Below are positions 27,255 to 34,128 of a stretch of DNA of 44,881 nt, piece after piece (the stretch's first letter is position 1; each line of letters starts with the position of its first letter). Below the pieces are notes generated by a model. That model was not told the origin of the DNA and searched no databases. It saw only the letters and a program-made list of their open reading frames with translations. Source of the stretch: Escherichia phage SM_A2; sequence record PP920552.1, one strand, 5' to 3'. The position numbers were made by a program, and so were the translations under genes.

Positions 27255-27288
27255 AATATAATGCAACCAATATGATTATGCAACCAAT
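27255..27288 (-). promoter_or_regulatory. sigma70-like promoter with tandem ATTGGTTGCA motifs (leftward)
   Basis: Minus-strand reading: ATTGGTTGCAT (-35 = TTGCAT, fwd 27278-27283), 17-nt spacer containing a second ATTGGTTGCA, TATATT (-10, fwd 27255-27260); a near-complementary hairpin plus T-run follows in the leader (fwd 27228-27250). Confidence 0.55.
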
Positions 27289-27612
27289 TCACGCATAAAA
27301 ATTTGGGTCGCGCGCTACGTCTACCAGGTAAAGGTTGCTTATGCGGTTGCCGTAGTGCCCTGGGGTGCGCTGGCGGCATACAACGGCGAAGCCTGGGGGG
27401 ATTGTATTGCCTGTCGCAATAATCCACGCCACGCGTGCGCCAGATAGCGTCTTGCCATTATATTCGATACGTGTGCCCCCATCGGCGGTATTGATGTTAC
27501 CAATTTTGCAGCCGGTGGACTTCAGACGAATGACGCCGGTTTTGCTGTCGTAGGAGAATAACTGGTTAGTCATTGCAACCGAAAAATCAATGGCTTCGAA
27601 TGTAGTATTCAT
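27289..27612 (-). CDS. degenerate HNH-like domain protein
   Basis: Segment IEYNGKTLSGARVAWIIATGNTIPPGFAVVCRQRTPGHYGNRISNLYLV resembles phage HNH-type layout, but the expected catalytic His positions are Ala/Arg; ATGA-coupled to the upstream MTase-like gene. Confidence 0.45.
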   Translation of the reverse strand: MNTTFEAIDFSVAMTNQLFSYDSKTGVIRLKSTGCKIGNINTADGGTRIEYNGKTLSGARVAWIIATGNTIPPGFAVVCRQRTPGHYGNRISNLYLVDVARDPNFYA

Positions 27613-28319
27613 TTTAAATTTTCCTCATTGACTGCTATCGCGAAGCCGCGCGGGGTGAGCGACCGGATTAATTTTGTGCGGGCGGACTTGCCTCCGAGGC
27701 GACTATACTGCTTCGAGTACCCTTTTTCAACGAATACAGGCTTTTTCTCAGGCATACGAAAGCCGTTGCCGGTCCATAAGCAGGTCAGCTTCGGATATGA
27801 ATCGCGGGCGTTGATGTATTCCGGGAAGAGCGGGTGCGCGTCATCCTCCGGCAGATAGCCGCCATACTCCCACGGATCAAACGAGTGGTCTGGCTTGCGC
27901 CACTGGGTGGAAAGCACACTGCGCGGATTCTCAATCATATACGGAACCTCAAAGAAGTCCCCCAGAAAAGCGGCGATCTTCGCGGTGCGCACTGCCTTAA
28001 GCTGAAAGGCGGGGTCTTTTGCACGCTTGCGCGGGAAAGCAGGCGCGCCGCTCACTGCCAGATCCGTGCACGGTGGAAACGCATAGATGATATCTGGCGT
28101 ACCGAAATCGCCATTCATCGCACGGTCTACAAAGTCCAGATCGATAAACTCATTGCGATACCGGATTCCGCGACCATAAATCCGGTAGTCCAGATAAGAC
28201 CCATGATCGGCTTCGGAGTAGTTGAAACAGTAGCATTTGTGCCCCATTTCGGCAGCACGCTCGATCATCAAGCCGCTGCCGTCAAACAACGACCAGATAG
28301 TCATTTTTGCAATAGTCAT
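27609..28319 (-). CDS. compact C5-cytosine methyltransferase-like protein
   Basis: Motif I LFDGSG (FxGxG), motif IV FPPC (Pro-Cys), motif VI ENP (ENV-like); only 236 aa, so no obvious room for a full target-recognition domain; ATGA-coupled to the helicase stop. Confidence 0.55.
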   Translation of the reverse strand: MTIAKMTIWSLFDGSGLMIERAAEMGHKCYCFNYSEADHGSYLDYRIYGRGIRYRNEFIDLDFVDRAMNGDFGTPDIIYAFPPCTDLAVSGAPAFPRKRAKDPAFQLKAVRTAKIAAFLGDFFEVPYMIENPRSVLSTQWRKPDHSFDPWEYGGYLPEDDAHPLFPEYINARDSYPKLTCLWTGNGFRMPEKKPVFVEKGYSKQYSRLGGKSARTKLIRSLTPRGFAIAVNEENLK

Positions 28320-29740
28320 TTGCGCGCCTTTTTAGCTTTCATGTATTCCATCAAGTCGTCCTGAATATCTCGCTTACTGTCGCGACGCTCGGCGACCAAT
28401 TCGTCCAGTGTCCCGCGCGCCTGGATAATGTAGACGAATACCGGACGTGGGTGTCCGGCTTGCATCTGGCGAACCGGCCCGATACGTTCAACAATCTGCG
28501 AAAAGTGCTCAAAGTTCCAGGTATCAGAGAAGATTGCCAGGTGATGCCCGCCGTCCTGCAAGTTAAGGCCGTGGCCTGCCGATGCCGGGTGTGCAAACAT
28601 GATGGGGATCTCGCCCCTGTTCCACGCTTCCATATCCTTATTGCCCTGCTTACCTTTACCCAACGCGACGCCGTGTGGAAATTTCTTCTTAAGACGTGCC
28701 AGGTCATGCTTATACTGATACGCAACGAGCAACGGCGCACCGTTCAATTCCTCCACGATACTTTCCAGTGCGTCCAGCTTCGCGTCGTGAATCTTCACCC
28801 ACTCGTCGGTCCGTTCGCCGTCTTCGTCCACCTTATACACAGCGCCGGAAGCAAGCTGAAGGCACTTAATTGTCTTCGATGCCGCGTTCGCCGCTTCCAC
28901 TGTTCCGCTTTCCAGTTCGGCAAATAGCTCGCTTTCAAACTGGTCGTAAATCTTGCGGGCTTTCTTCGGCAGGTCCACAACAACCGGCGTATAGATTGGC
29001 TTGTCGCACCCGAAGTATTCAGCCGCGTCAACGGTGAGGGATACATCTGACAGACGTTGTTGTATCTCTTTCTCGGAGTTCTTTAGCGGAGCGTGCTGCA
29101 TAGTGAAGCTGCCCGGCTTAACAGGCTTGCTAATGAACCAGCGGTCGGTAAATGCCTTATAGCTACTGCCGAGGCGTTCGCCACCGTCGACAAACCACGT
29201 CTGACCCCATAAGTCTTTCAGCCCGTTGGGTGCGGGTGTGCCGGTAAGGTTAATCCAGCGCTTGACGTGTTTATGTGCAATCGCTGCCAGTGCGCGGGCG
29301 CGCTTGCTCCCCTGCTTGCTACGATAGCCTTTCAGCTTAGTCGATTCATCGGCAACAACGACCGTAAAGGGCCACGCATCGCCGTAATAGTCGACCAGCC
29401 ACTCAACCACATCGTAGTTAACACAAACCACGTTAGCGTCGCTCTCAAGCGCGGCAATACGGTCCTTCTCCGGTCCGGTGCCGTCTACGACCAGCAGGGA
29501 TGAGAACCGCCATTTCTCCTGTTCCGGGGGCCATGTGCCGGAGGCAACGCGTAGCGGGGCCAGCACCAGTACGCGGTCCTCATGATGGGACAGGACGCCA
29601 GTCTGGAACATTTTATTCAGCGCCCACATTGTCGCGCCGGTTTTACCGGATCCCATTGTCGCCCATATATTACATCGCTTATGCTTGAGGATGAACGCGG
29701 TTATCAACTTCTGATATTCGCGGCGTCGGAATCGTGCCAT
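28316..29740 (-). CDS. SNF2/DEAD-like superfamily-2 helicase
   Basis: Walker A GSGKTG, DExx-like VVADEST, C-terminal helicase region; probable start at MARFRRREYQ (29740) rather than the track start 29830. Confidence 0.85.
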   Translation of the reverse strand: MARFRRREYQKLITAFILKHKRCNIWATMGSGKTGATMWALNKMFQTGVLSHHEDRVLVLAPLRVASGTWPPEQEKWRFSSLLVVDGTGPEKDRIAALESDANVVCVNYDVVEWLVDYYGDAWPFTVVVADESTKLKGYRSKQGSKRARALAAIAHKHVKRWINLTGTPAPNGLKDLWGQTWFVDGGERLGSSYKAFTDRWFISKPVKPGSFTMQHAPLKNSEKEIQQRLSDVSLTVDAAEYFGCDKPIYTPVVVDLPKKARKIYDQFESELFAELESGTVEAANAASKTIKCLQLASGAVYKVDEDGERTDEWVKIHDAKLDALESIVEELNGAPLLVAYQYKHDLARLKKKFPHGVALGKGKQGNKDMEAWNRGEIPIMFAHPASAGHGLNLQDGGHHLAIFSDTWNFEHFSQIVERIGPVRQMQAGHPRPVFVYIIQARGTLDELVAERRDSKRDIQDDLMEYMKAKKARK

Positions 29741-29744
29741 TTCT

Positions 29745-29963
29745 TTATTCCGCCTTTTTCCAGACTTCGGTTTCACTGTTCCAGTTCCTTTTTGTAGCGT
29801 CGTAGTTGGTGGCGTGTCCGATGTGCACACTGGTAGCCCGGAAGCTCTTGAATTTTTGCCAGCACACCGTCAACGGCAGCGGATCATTCATGCCCGCGAT
29901 AAACCATACGCGATCGCCCGGTTTACATTCGCCCAGCTTGGTGAGTCGGTAATGTTCTTTCAT
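29745..29963 (-). CDS. hypothetical small protein
   Basis: 72 aa from ATG 29963 with GGGAGA RBS; preceded (in transcription direction) by hairpin GGCGGG-ACAAG-CCCGCC. Confidence 0.4.
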   Translation of the reverse strand: MKEHYRLTKLGECKPGDRVWFIAGMNDPLPLTVCWQKFKSFRATSVHIGHATNYDATKRNWNSETEVWKKAE

Positions 29964-30006
29964 CGTCATGTCTCCCAAAAATGGCGGGACAAGCCCGCCG
30001 TATTAA

Positions 30007-30180
30007 TTATTTTTGTTCTGCACGGTAGCGGCGCTGCCGTTCGCGCTCTTTCTTATTGCGGCACGATTTGCACTCTGCCCGATACCCGTCTGGACTGCGC
30101 GCAGTCTTACCGGTGTATTTGTGGAACTGGGATAGCGGCTTGACACATCCGCAATTACTACAACGTTTTTCTTCAATCAT
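30007..30180 (-). CDS. small zinc-ribbon protein (putative)
   Basis: 57 aa from ATG 30180; CxxC...CxxC (CSNCGC ... CKSCRNKK) and basic C-terminus; the track ORF 30007-30315 is trimmed to avoid overlap with the VRR-NUC gene. Confidence 0.45.
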   Translation of the reverse strand: MIEEKRCSNCGCVKPLSQFHKYTGKTARSPDGYRAECKSCRNKKERERQRRYRAEQK

Positions 30181-30211
30181 CTCTAAAATCCTCGATATGG
30201 CTAACCGGCAC

Positions 30212-30250
30212 ACTATACCGCTATGCGACCAATTCAGCAACCAATAAATC
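30212..30250 (-). promoter_or_regulatory. sigma70-like promoter with tandem ATTGGT(T/C)GC motifs (leftward)
   Basis: Minus-strand reading: ATTGGTTGCTG (-35 = TTGCTG, fwd 30235-30240), 17-nt spacer containing ATTGGTCGCA, TATAGT (-10, fwd 30212-30217); lies inside the 3' end of the VRR-NUC gene. Confidence 0.45.
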
Positions 30251-30499
30251 GCAGTCGGATATGCTGTCGATAACGCGAACGTCAGCACCGCGGCGGGCCA
30301 TTCGCTCATGTTCACGTACCTGGTGCGGCTTAGGTTTTCCTCCGGGGCGCTTCACTTCGACGAACACTATTTTGCCGTTGATGATAATAATCAGGTCGGG
30401 CGCACCCGCGCGCCCCTCCCATGCAAGTTTTCGGCAGAATCCGCCGACCTCTTTCACCCGTTTCATCAGGTGACTTTGAATCTTGCCTTCTGGTGTCAT
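30221..30499 (-). CDS. VRR-NUC domain nuclease
   Basis: 92 aa; PD...(D/E)xK-type core APDLIIIINGKIVFVEVKRPG characteristic of VRR-NUC. Confidence 0.75.
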   Translation of the reverse strand: MTPEGKIQSHLMKRVKEVGGFCRKLAWEGRAGAPDLIIIINGKIVFVEVKRPGGKPKPHQVREHERMARRGADVRVIDSISDCDLLVAELVA

Positions 30500-32790
30500 T
30501 ACTTCCTGTACCTGTACATAATGTCGCCTTCGGCGGCAAGTGGGAAGCCTTTAGCCCAAATAGGCAGGTCGCACATCAGCGCGCAAAGCTCCTCGGTAGT
30601 GTAGTCGTCGGTGTCCGGCACTTCTGTGATCAATTCGTCGTGTACTGACAGGACGATTTCATACCCCGCAGCTTCAACGCCAGGCATGGACCATGCGAGA
30701 ATATCGCGACACAACGCCTGTACGATGTTCTCCGTCAGTTTGCCGCCGTAGGTATACTGGAATCCCCACTGGCGCGTCGTCTGATTCTCGCCCTGATATT
30801 TAATGCGTGTGCTGGTGCGCTTCTTGCCGGTGTCTTCGTCAATCTCGGTCGTGACCGACAGCGCGATGCCTGGGTAGCTCATGATGCGCCCGGACGGCAA
30901 CTCGATTTTCAACCACCACCCCGCGGCGTTCGGGTCGTCGCGCTCCTCGTCGAAGGTTGGGTCGTGCTTCGCCTTCGTGCGGACTATCTTGAGCGCTTTC
31001 TTACCATCCGGGCGAACGTTCGCGCCAGCCCAGTACGCTTTGCCAGGATTGCGGATTGCACACAACACCGCGTCCTCAAGCTCGGCCCAAAAGGCTACCG
31101 TCTTCGGGTGAGCCTCGCGCCACATGCGTTTAATCGCATCACACGTAAGCCATACGTTTTTCGGCAGTATGTAAGTCGGGCGCTCGTCCTTCTTGCCAGG
31201 CTTCGGCGGTCGCTTCGCTTCGTTAATGCGGGCGTACTCATAACCCCGTTTAGCCGCTGCCCAAATGTGATCGGGGAATGTGCCTTTCATGACGTCCGCC
31301 ATCGCGTAAAGGTCGAGGCCCAGGTTTTTAGCAAACTGCAGGAACGCGGCAACGCCGCCACCATAACCCAGTCCCAATTCGCACGCCTTACCAATCTGGC
31401 GTAAGTCTTTTCGGTTGGCTTTGATGTATTCCGGGTCGAGGCCAAACATCTTACCGGCAGTTTCACAATAGATATCGCGACCCGCCCTAAACACCATTAG
31501 CGCGGTTTTCTCACCAGCGATCCAGGCAAGCCCGCGACCTTCCACGTTAGAATAGTCAGCTACAACAAACTTCTTGCCCTTAGCCGGGATAATGCACCCG
31601 CGAACGGTCGAGGCCGTTAACTTCGATATGTCATACGCCCAGTGCGCTGTCCCGCGTAACAGGGAGTTGATGCCGTTGGTGAGCATGTGCGACCGGACCC
31701 AAAAAGAAACGTCGCTCTCGCCTTCACGGCGCTTAATCTTCCCTTCGTGGTCGTCGCTATACTCGCCGCGTGCCAGGTTTTGCGGCTGGAAGCCCTTACC
31801 GGCCCAGCGTAGCGTGCGTTTCGCCCCGCCATACTGGAGACACCCACGACGGCGACCATCTGCGGATAAGCCATTAACGAGCGGATTGTACTTAGTCGAT
31901 GCCGTTGATGACGCACCGAGGCGCATCTCGATAAGCACTTTGCCCTCGTCGGGGAAGTCCGGGTCTTCCAGCAGGTCGTTAAGCGTGGATTTCTGCGCGT
32001 TGTGGATTGTGAACGCAGGCGCGAGGTCGCGCAGCGCTGGCAGGAAGTCATTGCCTGTCAGCTTACCGCCGAAGCGCTCCCATGCTTCTTCCTTCAATTC
32101 TTCCTTATGCGCCTGCACCGCTTTGATCGCGGCGTTCGCCAGGTCAACGTCCACATAGAAGCCGCGGTCGTTGATCAACTGGTCAATAAGCAGGATTTCA
32201 TCTTCCTTCGGCGTGTTACCCCAGTCCGGTATGCGCCAATAGACTTCCCTCATCGCTATAATATCCAGTGCGGCATAGCGCAGGAATTTAGCCCACTCCT
32301 CGGGGTGCGTCTCGCGCGTGTAGCGGCGGATTTTGTAGGTCTTGGGGGTTGGCTTACAGAATCGTTTGATCAGCGCCTTGCCCGCCTTATCCTTCGCGTG
32401 CTCTGCGTCGACGCCCAACACCTGGCACTGCATATCGAGGCTACCCGGCAGCGCGTGGCGAAAGGCCATAATCATGGTATCCTCGATCTGGCCTACCGGC
32501 AGGTCAATGCCCCACTTCTCGCGAATAACCAGGCGGTCAAACAGGAGGCCGTTAGCCATCACTATTTTTGCTTTCTTGCGGGATACCTGGCGGAGCGCCT
32601 TGCGCAGTTCACGCGGCATTGTTGGGGACTCGGTGCAATCCCATGTCTGCACGCGGCCCTCGTCTATGGCGTACGTGCAAATCATAATCTCGGTTGTTGG
32701 GTGTTCTGCGTAGGCGTATGCGCCCACTTTCTTCAGGTCCACCCCGCTAAATGTCTCGGTATCGAGAAAAAGGCGTTCGAAGTCTTTCAT
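30499..32790 (-). CDS. DNA polymerase I-like (family A) with 3'-5' exonuclease domain
   Basis: 763 aa; N-terminal exo motif LFLDTETFSG (DxE); C-terminal polymerase motif C-like SVHDELITEV; basic finger-like segments. Confidence 0.9.
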   Translation of the reverse strand: MKDFERLFLDTETFSGVDLKKVGAYAYAEHPTTEIMICTYAIDEGRVQTWDCTESPTMPRELRKALRQVSRKKAKIVMANGLLFDRLVIREKWGIDLPVGQIEDTMIMAFRHALPGSLDMQCQVLGVDAEHAKDKAGKALIKRFCKPTPKTYKIRRYTRETHPEEWAKFLRYAALDIIAMREVYWRIPDWGNTPKEDEILLIDQLINDRGFYVDVDLANAAIKAVQAHKEELKEEAWERFGGKLTGNDFLPALRDLAPAFTIHNAQKSTLNDLLEDPDFPDEGKVLIEMRLGASSTASTKYNPLVNGLSADGRRRGCLQYGGAKRTLRWAGKGFQPQNLARGEYSDDHEGKIKRREGESDVSFWVRSHMLTNGINSLLRGTAHWAYDISKLTASTVRGCIIPAKGKKFVVADYSNVEGRGLAWIAGEKTALMVFRAGRDIYCETAGKMFGLDPEYIKANRKDLRQIGKACELGLGYGGGVAAFLQFAKNLGLDLYAMADVMKGTFPDHIWAAAKRGYEYARINEAKRPPKPGKKDERPTYILPKNVWLTCDAIKRMWREAHPKTVAFWAELEDAVLCAIRNPGKAYWAGANVRPDGKKALKIVRTKAKHDPTFDEERDDPNAAGWWLKIELPSGRIMSYPGIALSVTTEIDEDTGKKRTSTRIKYQGENQTTRQWGFQYTYGGKLTENIVQALCRDILAWSMPGVEAAGYEIVLSVHDELITEVPDTDDYTTEELCALMCDLPIWAKGFPLAAEGDIMYRYRK

Positions 32791-32957
32791 TGCTTAATCC
32801 TCACTACGGCGTCAGCGCTGCCGATCATGGAGAAGATGCCGTCAGACAGGGCAATCTCTTCGCCATTGTTGCGAATCTCGGCAACGGTGAAATACTCGCC
32901 CAGCAATTTGGACCATACCTGCATTCCGACTTTTACTTCGCTGGCTTTAATGCGCAT
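32787..32957 (-). CDS. small hypothetical protein (not in ORF track)
   Basis: 56-aa ORF (MRIKASEVKVGMQVWSKLLGEYFTVAEIRNNGEEIALSDGIFSMIGSADAVVRIKQ) whose TGA overlaps the polymerase ATG; weak RBS; sits between a terminator and the polymerase gene. Confidence 0.35.
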   Translation of the reverse strand: MRIKASEVKVGMQVWSKLLGEYFTVAEIRNNGEEIALSDGIFSMIGSADAVVRIKQ

Positions 32958-32970
32958 TTCTCATTGTCCT

Positions 32971-32997
32971 ATTAAAAAGCCCGCATTAAGCGGGCTT
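32971..32997 (-). terminator. intrinsic terminator (minus strand)
   Basis: AGCCCGC-ATTA-GCGGGCT hairpin followed on the minus strand by a T-run (TTTTAAT). Confidence 0.6.
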
Positions 32998-33015
32998 GAA
33001 TAGTGGGCCTTGCCC

Positions 33016-33816
33016 TTAACGGCGGCGACGTTTGCGTGGCGCTTCGTCTTCGTCGTCGTCCTCATCATCTTCGTCATCGCGTGGCTTACGACGTTTGCGA
33101 GGTGTTTCATCTTCGTCGTCGTCATCGCGGCGCTTGGACTTTTTGGACTTGCGCGGCTTGTCGTCTTCGTCATCGTCATCACGACGTTTTGACTTTTTGG
33201 ACTTACGCGGGCTTTCGTCTTCGTCGTCGTTATCCAGGTCTTCGTCGGAACATGAAGACCCGCCACCGCCGAAGGCTTCGCCGTCTTCACGGAATCGCAG
33301 ACCCAGCAAGCCCGCCCCGAGTCCCTTGCCGTTGGTATTGTTCCATGCCCAAATATCAAGGGACACGTTGCAATAACAACCGGGGTAGATCTCCTGGCCT
33401 TCGATCTCGTCGCCTTCTACGGTCAGACCTTGTTCAGTCTGCTTCTCGCCGAGTGACGTTTGGATGATAGGCTGTTTGAACGATTTGGCGTTGATATACA
33501 ACATGCCTTCGAATTCTTCGGTTACTTCGTCGCGCTCGTCACCGTCGCGGACTGCGCATTCCTTAGAATCCTGGGCGTAGTGGCGGTCCATCCACTTATC
33601 GGCATTCTTCTCGGATTTCAGCTTGTCGGTGAGCACTGCGCGCGCTGCCGCTTCCACTTTGTCCACCTGCGGATCTTCTTTATCAAGAAGAATCACGGCG
33701 CGGTATGCCGGTTTTTGTCCATCCTGTTTAGGGGTATCACGTTCCCAAATTTTCAGGAAACATACGCGCACATTTTTCAGGTTGACTTTAGCCATTTTCC
33801 AATTCCTCATTTTCAC
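33016..33816 (-). CDS. ssDNA-binding-like protein (DUF2815-type, putative) with charged repeat tail
   Basis: 266 aa; location next to the DUF2800-like nuclease and polymerase matches the conserved phage replication module; C-terminal about 70 aa alternate poly-acidic and poly-basic blocks from tandem DNA repeats (about 33040-33235). Confidence 0.5.
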   Translation of the reverse strand: MKMRNWKMAKVNLKNVRVCFLKIWERDTPKQDGQKPAYRAVILLDKEDPQVDKVEAAARAVLTDKLKSEKNADKWMDRHYAQDSKECAVRDGDERDEVTEEFEGMLYINAKSFKQPIIQTSLGEKQTEQGLTVEGDEIEGQEIYPGCYCNVSLDIWAWNNTNGKGLGAGLLGLRFREDGEAFGGGGSSCSDEDLDNDDEDESPRKSKKSKRRDDDDEDDKPRKSKKSKRRDDDDEDETPRKRRKPRDDEDDEDDDEDEAPRKRRRR

Positions 33817-33885
33817 ATGTATCGGGGTTATTGGAAGCCACCCCGTTCGGCTTGGTTGCTAATCTACTTGGTTGCGCCTACGCGG

Positions 33886-34128
33886 TCAAGCATTTTCATT
33901 AAAAAGATTTCTGGTCACGTAGTTGGTAGCGTTCTCGATCCAGCTTAGCGGCGGGCGTTCGATGTTCTTTTCCACCCAATCGACGGCAACTTCGCTATAT
34001 CCGTCATCCAGCCAGCGGGTCGGATGGCGAATCATCCACGCCACCATTAACACGCCTTGCACGCAATGCAGGATAAAGCCCAGCGCGCCGAGCAAAAACA
34101 TCAATAAGATTGCGAATACTTTATTCAT
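33886..34128 (-). CDS. small membrane protein (hypothetical)
   Basis: 80 aa; two hydrophobic helices (VFAILLMFLLGALGFIL, GVLMVAWMI). Confidence 0.45.
   Translation of the reverse strand: MNKVFAILLMFLLGALGFILHCVQGVLMVAWMIRHPTRWLDDGYSEVAVDWVEKNIERPPLSWIENATNYVTRNLFNENA

Noticed and set aside
30007-30315. 102-aa version of the zinc-ribbon ORF as listed in the ORF track
   Set aside because: Its 5' part overlaps the VRR-NUC gene by about 95 nt in another frame; an internal ATG at 30180 gives a non-overlapping 57-aa product with the Cys pairs intact, so the shorter gene was called.
32002-33003. 333-aa plus-strand ORF
   Set aside because: Entirely antisense to the DNA polymerase gene, which has clear catalytic motifs; no RBS; long antisense ORFs are expected in such sequence.
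33032-33376. Plus-strand ORF encoding poly-Ser / RGLSSSSSS repeats
   Set aside because: Antisense reading of the tandem repeats in the C-terminal tail of the minus-strand ssDNA-binding-like gene; no RBS and wholly overlapped.
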